Made by a program: the position numbers and the translations under genes. The notes under the pieces are model-generated. The model was given only the letters and a program-made list of their open reading frames with translations, was not told where the DNA came from and did no database searches. A stretch of DNA of 64,000 nucleotides from Felis catus (Eukaryota). Positions 35,201 to 47,045 of this stretch are shown here, in pieces (the stretch's first letter is position 1; each line of letters opens with the position of its first letter). The DNA lies in NCBI RefSeq assembly GCF_018350175.1, contig NC_058370.1, positions 134,292,001 through 134,356,000 of the forward strand. The letters are read 5' to 3'.

Positions 35201-36589
35201 TCTCTGCCATAATTTTGAATAGCTGTTACTGGTTACCACCTGACAGTTCTACTGTCTTCCATGAGGTGGGACAGAATAACATTTGAAGTCGAATGTCCCT
35301 GTGCCCTCGGGTGACAGGGGGCACCCGTCTTGGGGACACGTCTGGAGCCCTTCCCAGCCGAAGTTTTGGATTCTGCCCAGATTCGATGTCGGCCCAGAAT
35401 CCTCTACTTATTAGCTCTGTGGCTTTGGACGGGTGTCTTTGGTTTTCTTGTCCGTAAAATCTAAACAGTGAGACTTCCCCGGAGAGAGAGAATGAGTAAG
35501 AGAATAACGCCCAGAGAGCAGCCAGTGCCGGCTGGTGGCAGTGAGAGGCACATCTCACTGAGGCCGCCCTCGGGTGGTCACGAGCAGTGTCTTTGCCAAG
35601 CAGGAAGTGCTGAACAGGCCGGATCCTGTTAGAGCAGGTTAAAAAAATGAAAGTAACTCCAGCAGGAAGAGACTGGGTGAAAACCAGCCCGGCCTGAAGC
35701 CGATCACTGACCTCCTGCTTCGTGAAGTCGATACCGACTATCCATTTCCTTTCTGAGCCTTCACCTAGGAGGAAAGTCCCTGCAGGTGTGAGCTGGGACT
35801 TACAAAGAAGGTCGGGAGATAGCAGCCCTGGAAAAATAATTCCACCTATAAACACCTGTGTTAACAAGTGCTGTATTTGTACAGCTCTTTTCTTTTTCAA
35901 ATACTGTTTACACACACCTATTCTCTTACCCGCTCAGGTGTGGGTTGCATGGCATCTGGGGACCCACTGGCTGGGGGCCAGCCTGCCTGGCAACGCGCGG
36001 CTCTGAGGCCGGGCCTTCCTGCGGCCTGTTGTGGCGCCCCCGCTCCTGGGGCGACCGCCTGGAGCTCAGCCAAGTCCCGACGAGCGAGCGTGCATACTGA
36101 GACAGACTTGGGGCCCATTAGGGGACAGTGACCCCAGCTGGATAAAAGAGGACACCTGCTCCCAGGTCGCTTTGCATTTTCACACGGAGAGGAAATTTGA
36201 ACCCAGCAAGCACCTGATTACAGCCCCGACCCAGGACGCGGGAATGGGAGTCACCAAGGACCAAGAGCGAGTGGACGGCAGGAGAGGAAGCCGGTTCCAT
36301 GCAGATGGGTCTGTAAGAGCTCTAGATTTTGGCTAGAATCCCATTGGATTCCAGGGAAGCCCTTGGACGAACTCCTGTCTCAGCCTGGAGAGAGGTCTCC
36401 GCCCTCGTGCACGGGAACCTCAACGTCTTTGGATGCCTGGTGCTCGGGCCCGGACTCCACATGAAAATCTCTGCATCAGCGTGATGTGGGGGCGGTTAAG
36501 AACAAGTACCCTGGTGGGAGAGCCAGACGCCTCTGCGCATTTATTCACTATAAACCTTTCATCTAGAAAAGCTGTGCATTTACACACAC

Positions 36590-37320
36590 CCCCCCCCCCA
36601 CCTTGCTAACAGCTGACAAAGCCACGGCGTGTTTGTCTCCAGCAGGCCCCAGCGTCCACCCGTCACTGCGAGCTGAACTCCGCAGGTTGTTGGGATTTCG
36701 CTAGTTTTCCCTGGGTCCTTTTTCTGCCCCAGGATTTCCCCCCGGGATCCCTCATGACATTCGGTTTCATGACTCCGGGATCTCTTCGGCCCCGTGACAG
36801 TTTCTCAGACTCTCCCCGTTTTGGATGACCTTGATGGTTTTGAGGTCAGCTGTTTTGTAGAACGCCGCTCAGGTTGGGCTTGTCTGACGTCTTTCTTTTC
36901 ACGGTTTGCCTCGGGTGAAGGGTTTGGAGAGGAGACCACAGAGGTGAAGTGTCATTTCATGATATCATGTGAAGGGAGCGTCCCATCAGGTGCCTGAGCC
37001 TCTCGCTGTGGCCTTTGAATGCCTCTGCCGCTCTCAAGTCCCCCTGTGCCCCTTCCACATCGTCCTCCTCAGAGGCAAGTCGCAGAGAGCAGTCCACACC
37101 CAAAGCGGGGGCTGGTTCCTCTCCAGGGGCGGTACTTACAGAAATGATTTAGTATTCTCCTGCAGGGTGAATCCTTTCTTCCCCACATTGTGTACCTACT
37201 CAATCGTTTATTTCTGGGGGTGCCGTTGATACTTATTTCCAGCTTTGTGCCACATTACCTATTTTGTTGCTCACCTGGGACAGTCCAGCTGAGGCTCCTT
37301 CAGGTTGGCTCCTGTGTTCG
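36590..37320 (-). mobile_element. L1MC-like 3' UTR fragment
   Basis: GTGACAGTTTCTCAGACTCTCCCCGTTTTGGATGACCTTGATGGTTTTGAGG...ACCACAGAGGTGAAGTGTCATTTC. Confidence 0.75.
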
Positions 37321-37509
37321 GGGCACGCTCCCATCCATTTGGTTTTCAGGGGCTCCCTTAAGAAGAAAGGAACTGCTTCGCTCGACACCTGCTGGCTTCT
37401 GTTTTGGGCGCTTTATTTGCATTTTCACTGTTTAATAATAACCACTCATTTCTTTCCTTAGCACGCTCTCTCTCTCTTCCTCTCCGACCTTCAGTTTTCA
37501 CTCTTGTCC

Positions 37510-37850
37510 TAAGAGTGGCGTCACGGGGTAGTGAAAGGAACACGGATGGAGAGGCAGGTGGTCAAGTTTATCCCAGTTTCACTCCTCACCAGCTGTGTGA
37601 CCTCGAACCCCAGCCTCCAGCCTCTGGTCTATGAGATGGAGACACCACCGTGCAGCTCAGAGGAGGGCTGTGTGTGCCTGGGACCCGTGCAGACCGTGCC
37701 CGGCACATGGGAGGTCCTCACAGACACAGCTTTGCCTTTCCTGTCCCTGGCTCTGTCACTAATGACTGTGTGATCTTCTCAATGCTTTGAAGCTCAGTTT
37801 TCTTATCTGTAAAATCGGGACTGGACCAGATGGTCTCCAAGATTCCCTTC
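37510..37850 (+). mobile_element. Two adjacent MIR fragments
   Basis: CACCAGCTGTGTGACCTCG and GCTCAGTTTTCTTATCTGTAAAATCGGG cores. Confidence 0.68.
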
Positions 37851-38889
37851 CTGACGTTGCCTGTGGGCTCAGGTGCAGTTGGTCGGTGGGGGGAGGCGAG
37901 GGGTGGGAGGGGAGAGAGAACAGGACAGAGGCAGCTCGTCCCGCGGCCGGCCCCAGCCCCAGCCCCAGATCAGAATGAGCTTTGCAATCTACCAAGCAGA
38001 GAAGATGGCATTTTGCACTAAATTTTACACTGAAAACGTACCCTGCACGTCTGGGCGGAGCCCCCCATGTGATTCAGCACTTAGCGTACCTTGGCTGGCT
38101 GGGCACCAGCTGGAGATCATAAGCCAGTCCGGTCGGCCAGAACGTGAGGCACGTTTGCTCTCACTCGTGTACAGATACGCACGTCTGTGTCATTCGTTCT
38201 TAGATATCGGGTCTTTTCAGCTTGCTGTGTCCTTCTCTCCCCACAGTGGTATTTGTCAGCTTCTGTCGGAAAGTGGGATTTGGGTTGGGGTATGAGGTTG
38301 GGTTTCTGGTGTGAATTTCCGAGGTTACAGGTGCTGAAACCAGGCTCGGGGGCCTGGCTGTCGGTGGGGTGTGGCCGCCCACCGAGCATCCTGTGGGAAC
38401 TGGGTCTCAGTAGCGATGTGGGCCTGTTCATCAGAGCAGAAAAGGGGCAGATTGGGAGGGCAGGCCCTGGAAATGGCACCCAGGGCTGCCGGGCAGTGCC
38501 GGGGGGAGCGGAGCAGGTGGCCACGGCTTGTTTGGCTGCGAGCGGATGGGGGTGGGCTGCAGAGAGGGCTGCTTAGAGCGAGCCTGAGTCTCGGCCCCAG
38601 AGGAAGAAGGCCAAAGACACTCACCCAAGCTGGGTCTCCGGTTAGCAGGAGCCCAGGTCTTTGGCCAAGGTGGTGGGTGTTCCATGGTTCAGGGCTGGCA
38701 GGGGGGTGAGTGAAGGGGAAGGGGAATCTAAGTGTGAGCCTCGGTGTTGGTGGACCCAGGGAGAGCGAAGGAGGCCTCAGAATTTCCAGTCAAGGGGGTG
38801 AGTGGGAACAAGGACAGGATCCAAGGGAACAGGTCTACTGGCCTCCCTTCTAAACAAACGATTGCACAGATTACTGTACATTACTGGGA

Positions 38890-39910
38890 AGATGTCTTCC
38901 CACATGTGTATAAGGATGCATCTACTAGGATGTTTGAGGAGGCAGTGTTTGTAATAGGGTAAAACTGAGACAATGAGAGTGTCCATCAGCAGGGGATCAG
39001 GGTTTATCTGAAATATGTATCTATACCGTGGGATACTCTGGGCATATTGCAAAGAATAAAACAGGCCCGTAGGAATTGATATGGAAAACATTGAAGAGAC
39101 GCATTGCGGAGGGGAGAAACCAAGTGCAGAGCACAGAGTATCTTATTCCAATAAGTGAATCTACAAATAGTGCTTGTATATCATATCAGTTAGGATGGGT
39201 TTTCCCGCAAGGAACAAAAGACACAACCCATACTGGTTAAAAAAAAATAAGGGTTTATGTTTCTCCTGTAATCCCACATCTGGAGGGAAGTAATTGCGTC
39301 TTACCTAGGTTTTCAGGGATCCGGGTTCTTTCTTTCCTGGGCCACCTGCATGAAACACGTTGGCTTTTAAATCCTTCCACTTATTTCCTCATGGTCCTAA
39401 AGTGGCTGGTATAGCTGCCAAGTTCACATCCAAGTTCACGGAATGAGGAAGGGGACTGGTCAGTGCCAGACGCAATTGTCTTTTTTTTTTTTTTTTTTTT
39501 TAATAATCTGGTCATCGAGAGCTTTCCAGATGCCGCCTGGCCCCTCCTTCCCCTGCCATGGGCCAATTCAGTCCCATATCTTGTTCGGGACAGGGCCACA
39601 TGCCCTTGCTCAGTTGCAGGGAAGGATGGGTGAGCAAATGTCTGGCTTTGTAGCCACTCCAACAAGGAGAGAGAGTCCGAAAAAGCAGTTAAGTTGGCCA
39701 GCCCATAGTGTTAGCCCTGTGCATGTAAAAGGCTTGTTGGAAGGGTCCCCAGGGGTGGGGGGCTCTTGATAGTAACAGCCACTGGGGCACGGGCTGTGGG
39801 CTCAGAGAGGGGAGAAGCAGCCTGTTTTTTCATTGTGTATCTTCTCACGCTCCGACTTGTTTGTTGCCGTGTGTATATATGGATTTTTCAATTATAAAAG
39901 CATAGTTAAT
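38890..39910 (+). mobile_element. L1ME-like 3' fragment interrupted by an MLT1 LTR
   Basis: AGGATGTTTGAGGAGGCAGTGTTTGTAATAG...GTGTCCATCAGCAGGGGA; resumes after 39715 and ends TTTTTCAATTATAAAA. Confidence 0.65.
39183..39715 (-). mobile_element. Old MaLR LTR (MLT1J/K-like)
   Basis: TATCAGTTAGGATGGG...CCTCATGGTCCTAAAGTGGCTG...CACATGCCC...TTGCAGGGAAGGATGGG. Confidence 0.65.
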
Positions 39911-41067
39911 TAAAATCAAACTAAAGCATAGTGAAATGTGGGGGATGAATATGCCCAACTGAGACAGTTGATTCAGGAGACAGTCGGGGCGAACCCTGAG
40001 GCTCCTGCTTGTGGGGGGCTTGGGGGCGCGGCCCAGGCCTGGGTGAGCAGGCCGCTGATGGGGGGGTGGGGCGGCGGTGGTGGCCGCAGACCCCTTTGCT
40101 GGGCATCTGGGTGTGGAGCACGGGGGTGGGTCTCACCCAGGTCAGCACCAGCAGTGAGGAGAGAAGGGAGGCAGGGGCAGGGGGGCTGGGAGAGCCGGAT
40201 CCCCTCATCTTCTGAGCATTCATGGCTTTCTTGCTGCCTCTTCTTCTAGAGGGCAGTGTTGAAACTAACTTCTGAGGAAAGTCCCTCCCTGTCTTGCCAT
40301 CGAGACTGATGTATGTTTCTAATTCTGCTCACCAGCTGGACACATGTCTTTGATGACACAACACCAAGTGGAAATGGGAAGATGATCCGAATCAGTCCTT
40401 GAACCCAATGACCGAGGTGAAATTGGGAGAGAGTGAAGGACCATGTGGTTTTGCTTTTCCTGAGGGTGATCTCACTTCTGGTGGGCAAAGGGGGGCATTC
40501 GTGGCACTGCACCTGTGGGGGAGGGCCAGAGGGAAGGGGAGGCCAGCGGCCCCAGTAAGGGTCAACTCTGTCTTTTCCCACCTGGTGAGTGATCTGTCAT
40601 GGCCCTACATGTCGTGTAGACTCGGGACAGGACTTCTGTGTGGACCAGAGAATGGAACACTCTGACCTTGACCTGGTTTTAAAATCAAGTTGCAGAGTTT
40701 TGCAGGAGAATGGTCCCCCAGCTCTCCATCGATCTATCTATAGGAGGGGCTTCCCCATCAAAGTCTAAGGTGGGATATACTTCGTTTGAGCCCTTGAAAT
40801 GTCCCTTTAGCAAAGGATCTGTCTGTACCAGTGGGTATCTGATTTGCTTGCGTGCCAAGAGAACGCTCAGCATCGCATGAATCTCGATGCTCGTGAGCTG
40901 AAAAACCAGTGGAGAGTGAGCGGTGCTCCGGCACCTTCCGGGCAATGTATCAGGACCGACCGTAGAGTCCAGGAAGGGTTTTATAGAGACTCCAAGACTC
41001 TTCTGGTAGCCGTTCCTTAAACTACAAAGTACACGAACTGCCTGGATCTGAGGACACAAGGGCAAGT

Positions 41068-41650
41068 GTGTCAGTCAGAACTCATTGCGGGAAACAGAAA
41101 CCGCTCCAGACATGTTAAGTGGAAAGGGTCTTAATACAGGGGATTTGGTCTTTAGAAAGGGCCGAAGGAGCAGGTTCTAGGCTGGGCTACTGACAGGATC
41201 CTAGAAGAACACAGAGCTGGCCATCGGGAGAGCGGCTGCCTCTGAGCAGGGCTGGAAGCACGATGTACTGCGGCATCTGATTCCACTGGAGAATCACCAC
41301 CACCCCCCCCCCCCCCCCCCCCCCCCCCGCCACACACACACACTGAAGGCTGCAGTCCAGGGCTCAGGAAGCCAGATCAGAACACCCAGGAACTGGAGGA
41401 CGGATACTGTAAAGTTGCTGCTGATATCTCTACTGCTTCTTTGACAGCAGCGGTGAAGCTCTTACAGGAATATCATATCCACCTCACTCTGCCTGCTGAT
41501 GGTGTCCTTTGGTGCGAGCCAGTTTGCATCCAGAACCTAGCTGTGAGGAGGCCTGCGAAATGCCTTCCAGTTCTTGCCTGGGGCAGAAGGAAAGGCCGAA
41601 TGGGCCATTCCAGAGAGTCCGGCTCCCGGGGCAAGGCCAACAGGTGTCGG
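41068..41650 (-). mobile_element. Old MaLR LTR (MLT1L/M/N-like)
   Basis: TGTCAGTCAGAACTCATTGCGGGAAACAGAAACCGCTCCAG...CCAGAACCTAGCTGTGAGGAGGCCTGCGAAATG. Confidence 0.55.
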
Positions 41651-44600
41651 ATGGCTAGCGTGGATGTGTGCAACATTGATTCTCTAGGAAGAGTTCGGCT
41701 CAGACAGACCTCACGCTTTGGGTGGGTACGTTATGAAAAGCAACCATGTCTCCCAGTTTCCACCTGTGATGCTAGATGCTTTCGGTCTTAGCTCTCACCG
41801 TAGTTTCACACGTGGCCTTGAGCAAACCCCAGCTGCCCCAGTTGTCAAATGAAGGTGTGTGACAAACTCGAGGGCGGCTTTGAGCTCTGAGGCGATCCCG
41901 CACGGTATCTCTTGAGCTCACACTTTGGGTCTTGAGCTGAGCAAGTCTTATAAAACACTTCTGTGAAGAGTGACTCTTTGTTCCTGGGTTTTCCAGACCT
42001 CAAGGGCACTTCACTGGGGGGTTTTCTGAGAGCTCATGGAGATCAAAGCAAATTAGGAGGAAGAGAACTTGTGGAAAGCTTGGCAAAGCCCGGGCAAAAG
42101 TGGACTGTTGCCCAAGCAACCGTGTCTGCTGTTAAATGCTAGGCTTCGTAACCTCCAGGGCTCTGTCTCATTTGCTGCTTCCATGCTCTAGCCTCTTTTC
42201 GCAGACGAGGACCCGTGGCTTGGCCAGGCTTGTGACGTTGGGGTGAGGCCGTAGGGACACACGGCAGTGGAGAGGAGAGCTGCTTTGGTCCCGTGATACG
42301 TCCACTCAACCAACGAGGGTAAAGGGCATTTGGAAGTGTGTCAGTTCCCAGCCAACTCCTTGGTATCCAAAGGAGGAAAGCGGGGGGGAATCAAAGCTTC
42401 GGATGGGATCCCTCCTACCTATCTACCGCTGGGCTCCAGTGATACACCAGAAGCTGTTTAACAACTGACCAAAAGAAGAAGGAAAAAGCCCACGTTTGAC
42501 CATTTTTGTGGTGTCAATACTGTCGTCCTGTAGCATCTCAGGCCGGCCAGCGAGATATCCCTGAACGCACATTTGGGAAGCGATGGTCACGCTTGGCTTA
42601 GCGATCTGGTGAGGGCTGGCCTTAGCATGCCACCGACTTCCGTGGTCCCCCTCATTCATACCCGCCGGTGAAATCCCCCGGTATTCATGGAGGGGCGAAG
42701 AGCAACTAGCCTGAGGCTCAAGGAGACGGGGGAGCACAGGTTGCCGAGCCCAAGGGGTCTTGCCCTGAGGAGGCAGAGCTCGCCCTGAGGTGGAAGACGG
42801 TCTAATGTCACATGCGGTGACTGTTCTCCGGAAGGAATGGTTTCAGGGCCCCACCCTAACCATTTCCTGTCCGGTGCCAGTGACGTCAGATCAGGGACTT
42901 GTCCAAGGTCACATAGTAAGTAAGTGCCCTTCTCCAAAGCTCTTGCCTCAGCTCTGTAGATAAGCTCGTTGATTGGACGCCTCGGAGGGAGTGATGCTTC
43001 CTTGCGCAGTGGGCCAGAGGGGAAAGTGCTGACCCAAGGCCTGCGTGGTCACTTCCCCACGCCCCCAGCCCTACCGGAACCGCACTCTCTCTCACCCGTG
43101 GCTTGTTCCTCCTCCCTTCCCCTCTTCCAGACCCAGGAAGGAGCTGGAGTCCCAGGGCGTGCAGAGGACGTCCAAGGGTTGCCCCTGGAGTTGTTGGAGA
43201 AGCCCTGCGGAGACCCCTTCCAGCAGCGGGGCTGAGCCGGGCTGGCACGGGGCACAGATCACAGATGCCCCCGTGGCTTTTCCTGAAGGACTCCAACAGG
43301 AAGGGTTCCCCCCCCCCCCCCCCCCCCCCCGTCTCTGTTTCTAAGCCTCAGGCAACACTGCATCCTTGGGAATATCGCCTCTGGGACCCCACCTCCCACC
43401 GCAGATGCATCTGCTGTCTGGGGGAAGATGCCCAGGATCAGAAGAACTCAGACGGGCCCGCAGTGCAGCTGGCGCTTCTGAGCTGTATGACAAGGAGCCT
43501 TTTCCTCCACCTCTCTGAGCCTTGTTTTCCTACCCTTAGCCAGGAAGCAAACTGTTGCCATTTCTACTGACATTGATTGTGAGGAGGAAGGAGGCACCTT
43601 TGTGAATGCTGAGTGAGCTCATCGAAATGTAGCCGACCCAGGGTGGGAGCACGGTCTCTCAAACCCTAGTGCCGAGCACCCCTCCCTTAGGGCACTCCTC
43701 CCCAAACCCTGTGAGGAGTCATAGTTCTTAGTAACCCAGCCTCCAGATGATCTGATGGAGGCCGAGGGCCGTGCCACCTGCCCAGAGGCCACAGAGGCAG
43801 GCCACAGCCGGGTGGGTGCTCGCCTCACCGTAAGCTCTCAGGCCACCCAGGAGGCCCTGCCCCCTCCTTCCTGTCTTTCCTCCTTGTGCCGTGTTTGAGG
43901 AACTCGGCTCGAGAAGCAGCGGCCACCGTCCTGAATGGGCCCTTTCTTCCAGAAGGACACCTGGATGGAGGCTGGGGCATCCGGAGGTGGCACGGCGACA
44001 GCGGATGCACAGTGGTTTCTGTTTGCTTCTTGGTTCTTGAGTCTTTCCTCTGATAACATTCACGGAGGGCCTGCCCTGCTGGACATTTTCTTCCCGCCCT
44101 GAGGGCTGCCCGGGGCCCCGGCTGGGGAGGAGGGGGAGCCTGAACACACTGCTCCTGAAGGTGTTTAGAGAGTGGCGTTTTCTCCACGGGACCTTCCTTT
44201 TGGGCTGAGGAGTTCTGAGACATTTGCAACGTAAAGGGCGGCCGTCCCTCCATGACGCAGGGGGGACGAGATACCATCGGAACAAGGGTATATTTAGAAG
44301 ACAGGAAATAAGCCCTCCAGCCTGCCCTGATGTTACCACAGGCGTTTCTCGCCCTGTGAGCACAGCGGCGGGCGGCGGCGTTGAAGGAGGCCACAGAGCC
44401 GAGTGAGGGGAAATGGCTAGGGCCTTCGTGCTAATGCATCCTTTTTTTTTTTTTCTTCCCTTTTTCTCCTCCCTCTCTCGCTCTGTCTCTCGGCTGGCTG
44501 GGGTTGTCCCAAGGTGACGGGGAGAAATTGCTAGGAACTGAGTCATTTTGCTGGATTTTTTTCAGCTGAGTCCCTGATTAGTAAACCTGTTTCAAGAATG

Positions 44601-44684
44601 GGAAAATGCACAGGGCTATTTTTAAGTGTTCTTAGCACCAACGTTCCTAACCAATTGCCTTTCTGCCTTCGAGTGTAGACAAAC

Positions 44685-44800
44685 ACTTAGCAGCTGCATG
44701 ACCTTTGGCTAATTAGACTTGCTGAGCGCCGGTTTGCTCATCTGTAAAATGGGGTTAATAGCACCTACCTCAGAGGGCAAAGGACGCGATGACCTTGCGT
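44685..44800 (+). mobile_element. MIR fragment
   Basis: CTTAGCAGCTGCATGACCTTTGG...TTTGCTCATCTGTAAAATGGGGTTAATAGCACCTACCTCAGAGGG. Confidence 0.8.
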
Positions 44801-45312
44801 GCGTGTCCTCCCCGGGCCCCCGCCCCCGGGGCGAAGTGCCTCTTGTTGCTGCTGGGGTAAGGCTGACTGTTCCAGGACCCGCGTGGGGCCCGGCTGAGTT
44901 CCCCATGTGTTTTGTGCAGGTGTGTTTACGAGTTTCCAGTCTATCTTTGGTTAGCTACTGGAGGAACCAAACCAAAACTTATACTTAGATCATCAACCGG
45001 GGGAAACTTGGCAAGTTTGTTGAGTAAACGAGCATTTGCCAAGCCCCTCTGTGCTCGCCCTGGGAAGGCCACTGGAGACAGAGGCAACACGGCCGGGGCC
45101 AGGGACTCTGGGGTGGAGACAGACACAGGAATGATTATAGTGGCAGTGTTGAGGGAGAGGTGGGTGTGGAGGCAGCCAGCTCAGCCTAGGGACTTGGGGA
45201 ATGGCTTCTCTACAGAAAGTCCGAGGGTACCCTGGGGTGCCGCGGCATGAGAAAGGTTGGCGCAGCTGATCAAGGAGTTTCTACAGGTATGCTCAGGGCA
45301 GACACATTCTCT

Positions 45313-45549
45313 AATTTTTTTTTTTAATGTTTATTTATTTTTGAGAGAGAGAGAGAGAGAGAGTCGGAGAGAGAAAGAGTGCAAGTGGGTGGGGGGAGGC
45401 AGAGAGAGAGGGAGACACAGAATCCGAAGCAGGCTCCAGGCTCTGAATTGTCAGCACGGAGCCCGACGTGGGTCTCGAACTCGTGAACCGTGAGATCAGG
45501 ACCCACGCCGAAGTCGGACGCTTAACTGACTGAGCCACCCAGGCGCCCC
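45313..45549 (-). mobile_element. Can-SINE (SINEC_Fc type)
   Basis: GAATCCGAAGCAGGCTCCAGGCTCTG...GAAGTCGGACGCTTAACTGACTGAGCCACCCAGGCGCCCC; TSD CAGACACATTCTCT / CAGACACGTTCTCT. Confidence 0.95.
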
Positions 45550-46819
45550 CAGACACGTTCTCTCAGAACAAGACGCGTGGGATACGCTACCTTCCAAGAG
45601 AAACGCATCTATGTGTCTAATATAAGTACCAGTTACTGTCCGGTTAGTGTTCGTCGAGGGCTGGACACTGTGCTCAGGGCTCTGCAGGGGCTTCTGTCTT
45701 CAAAGCAGCTCCGTGGCGTCAGGACCATAACCATCTCCAGTTTACAGATGGGGCCCAGACACGCGCTAAACTTTTTACAGTGGAGAGAGGGCGAGGTGGG
45801 ATTTGAACAGAGGAGGCCTCAGCCGCTGGGTGAAGGGCCGGTGTGAGGCTCACCTGGGCAGTGTGTGCCAAGAGTGTGGGATTAGCCTCACCGTGGGATG
45901 CCCAGCGTGCTTCACAAAAATCCTGGTTAAAGAACTTCAGCAGAATTGCTGCTCTCCTGCACGATGTAACTCAGTGTGTCACATCACACGCGTTTATATT
46001 ATGCGGGAAATAGAATACACAATTAGCTATATTATATATTACGTGATTGCTGTCTTAGTTAATTCCCAGCCCTGCGGCTTTCTTGCCAGAGGGTCAGGGT
46101 TGAACCGAAATTAGTCGTGTGGCTACTGGTTAGCATTTTCCATAAGTTCAGAGAGGGGGCCTGTGGGAGCTGTGGTTGGAAGGATCATAGGTGAGTCTTG
46201 ACACTGGGGAACGGGCATTTGGATTATTCTCGAATGACCTGGAAAGCCCAGGTGTGATAGTCTGAATGAAGTTGAAGCATCGCACTGGGGTTTGGGAGGC
46301 TGGTGTGCTGGGGAGGAGGGCCCCTGAGGTGTTGACCTGCATCCCTCGGAGCAGCTCAGTGTCTCGTGTGTGAAGTGAGGAAAAATCACGTTCCCCTGTT
46401 AAGAAAGAACAAAAACGCCAGCACAGAAAGCCATGTGCCGGGGCGATGACGAGGGCCACGAAAGAGTGATGGTTCTCAGCTGGGAAAGAGCCCCCGCGCA
46501 CTCACAGGGTGCCGTGATTGTGGGTGACGGCAGGGCTGAGGCATCTGGAGGGTTTGCGGAAGTTCTAATGTGCGCGGAGGCCCCAGTGGGTTTGCAGTGT
46601 CTGAGGTCCCCCAGCCCCTGCCCAGCTGCCGGGCTCTTAGGAAAAGAGGCCGAGGTGGTACGGGAGGCCCCTTGCTGGCTCAGGCCTCGGCTTTGGTTTC
46701 CTTCTGTGCTCTCTAGCCACTCAGAGCCCCTGGGGGGACCAGTCAAGACCCCGAGGCCCATCCTTACGTTCTACTCGTTGTCTGGAACCCACCGGACACT
46801 CCACGTGTGGTGACAGGTG

Positions 46820-47045
46820 ACGGAGGAGCAGTGAGGCGTGGAGAGTGCCCGCAAAATTCTGGCTGTGTGGCCTCAGACAGGCCGTTTAAACTCTTAGAGC
46901 CTCAATTTTATCTTCTTTCCAGTGGGGATAAAAATATTTACGGCTCTCAGTGCAGAGAGAGGTAAACCACACGAGATATTTACGGAACGTGCCCAGCACA
47001 GTGCCTGGCATACAGAAGGTATTTGATAAGCAGAGACTATTATTA
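46820..47045 (+). mobile_element. MIR
   Basis: CTGGCTGTGTGGCCTCAGACAGG...GAGCCTCAATTTTATC...CAGCACAGTGCCTGGCATACAG. Confidence 0.75.

Noticed and set aside
41303-43330. Long poly-C runs (41303-41328 and 43308-43330)
   Set aside because: Simple homopolymers whose lengths are unreliable in assemblies; no supporting context for function.
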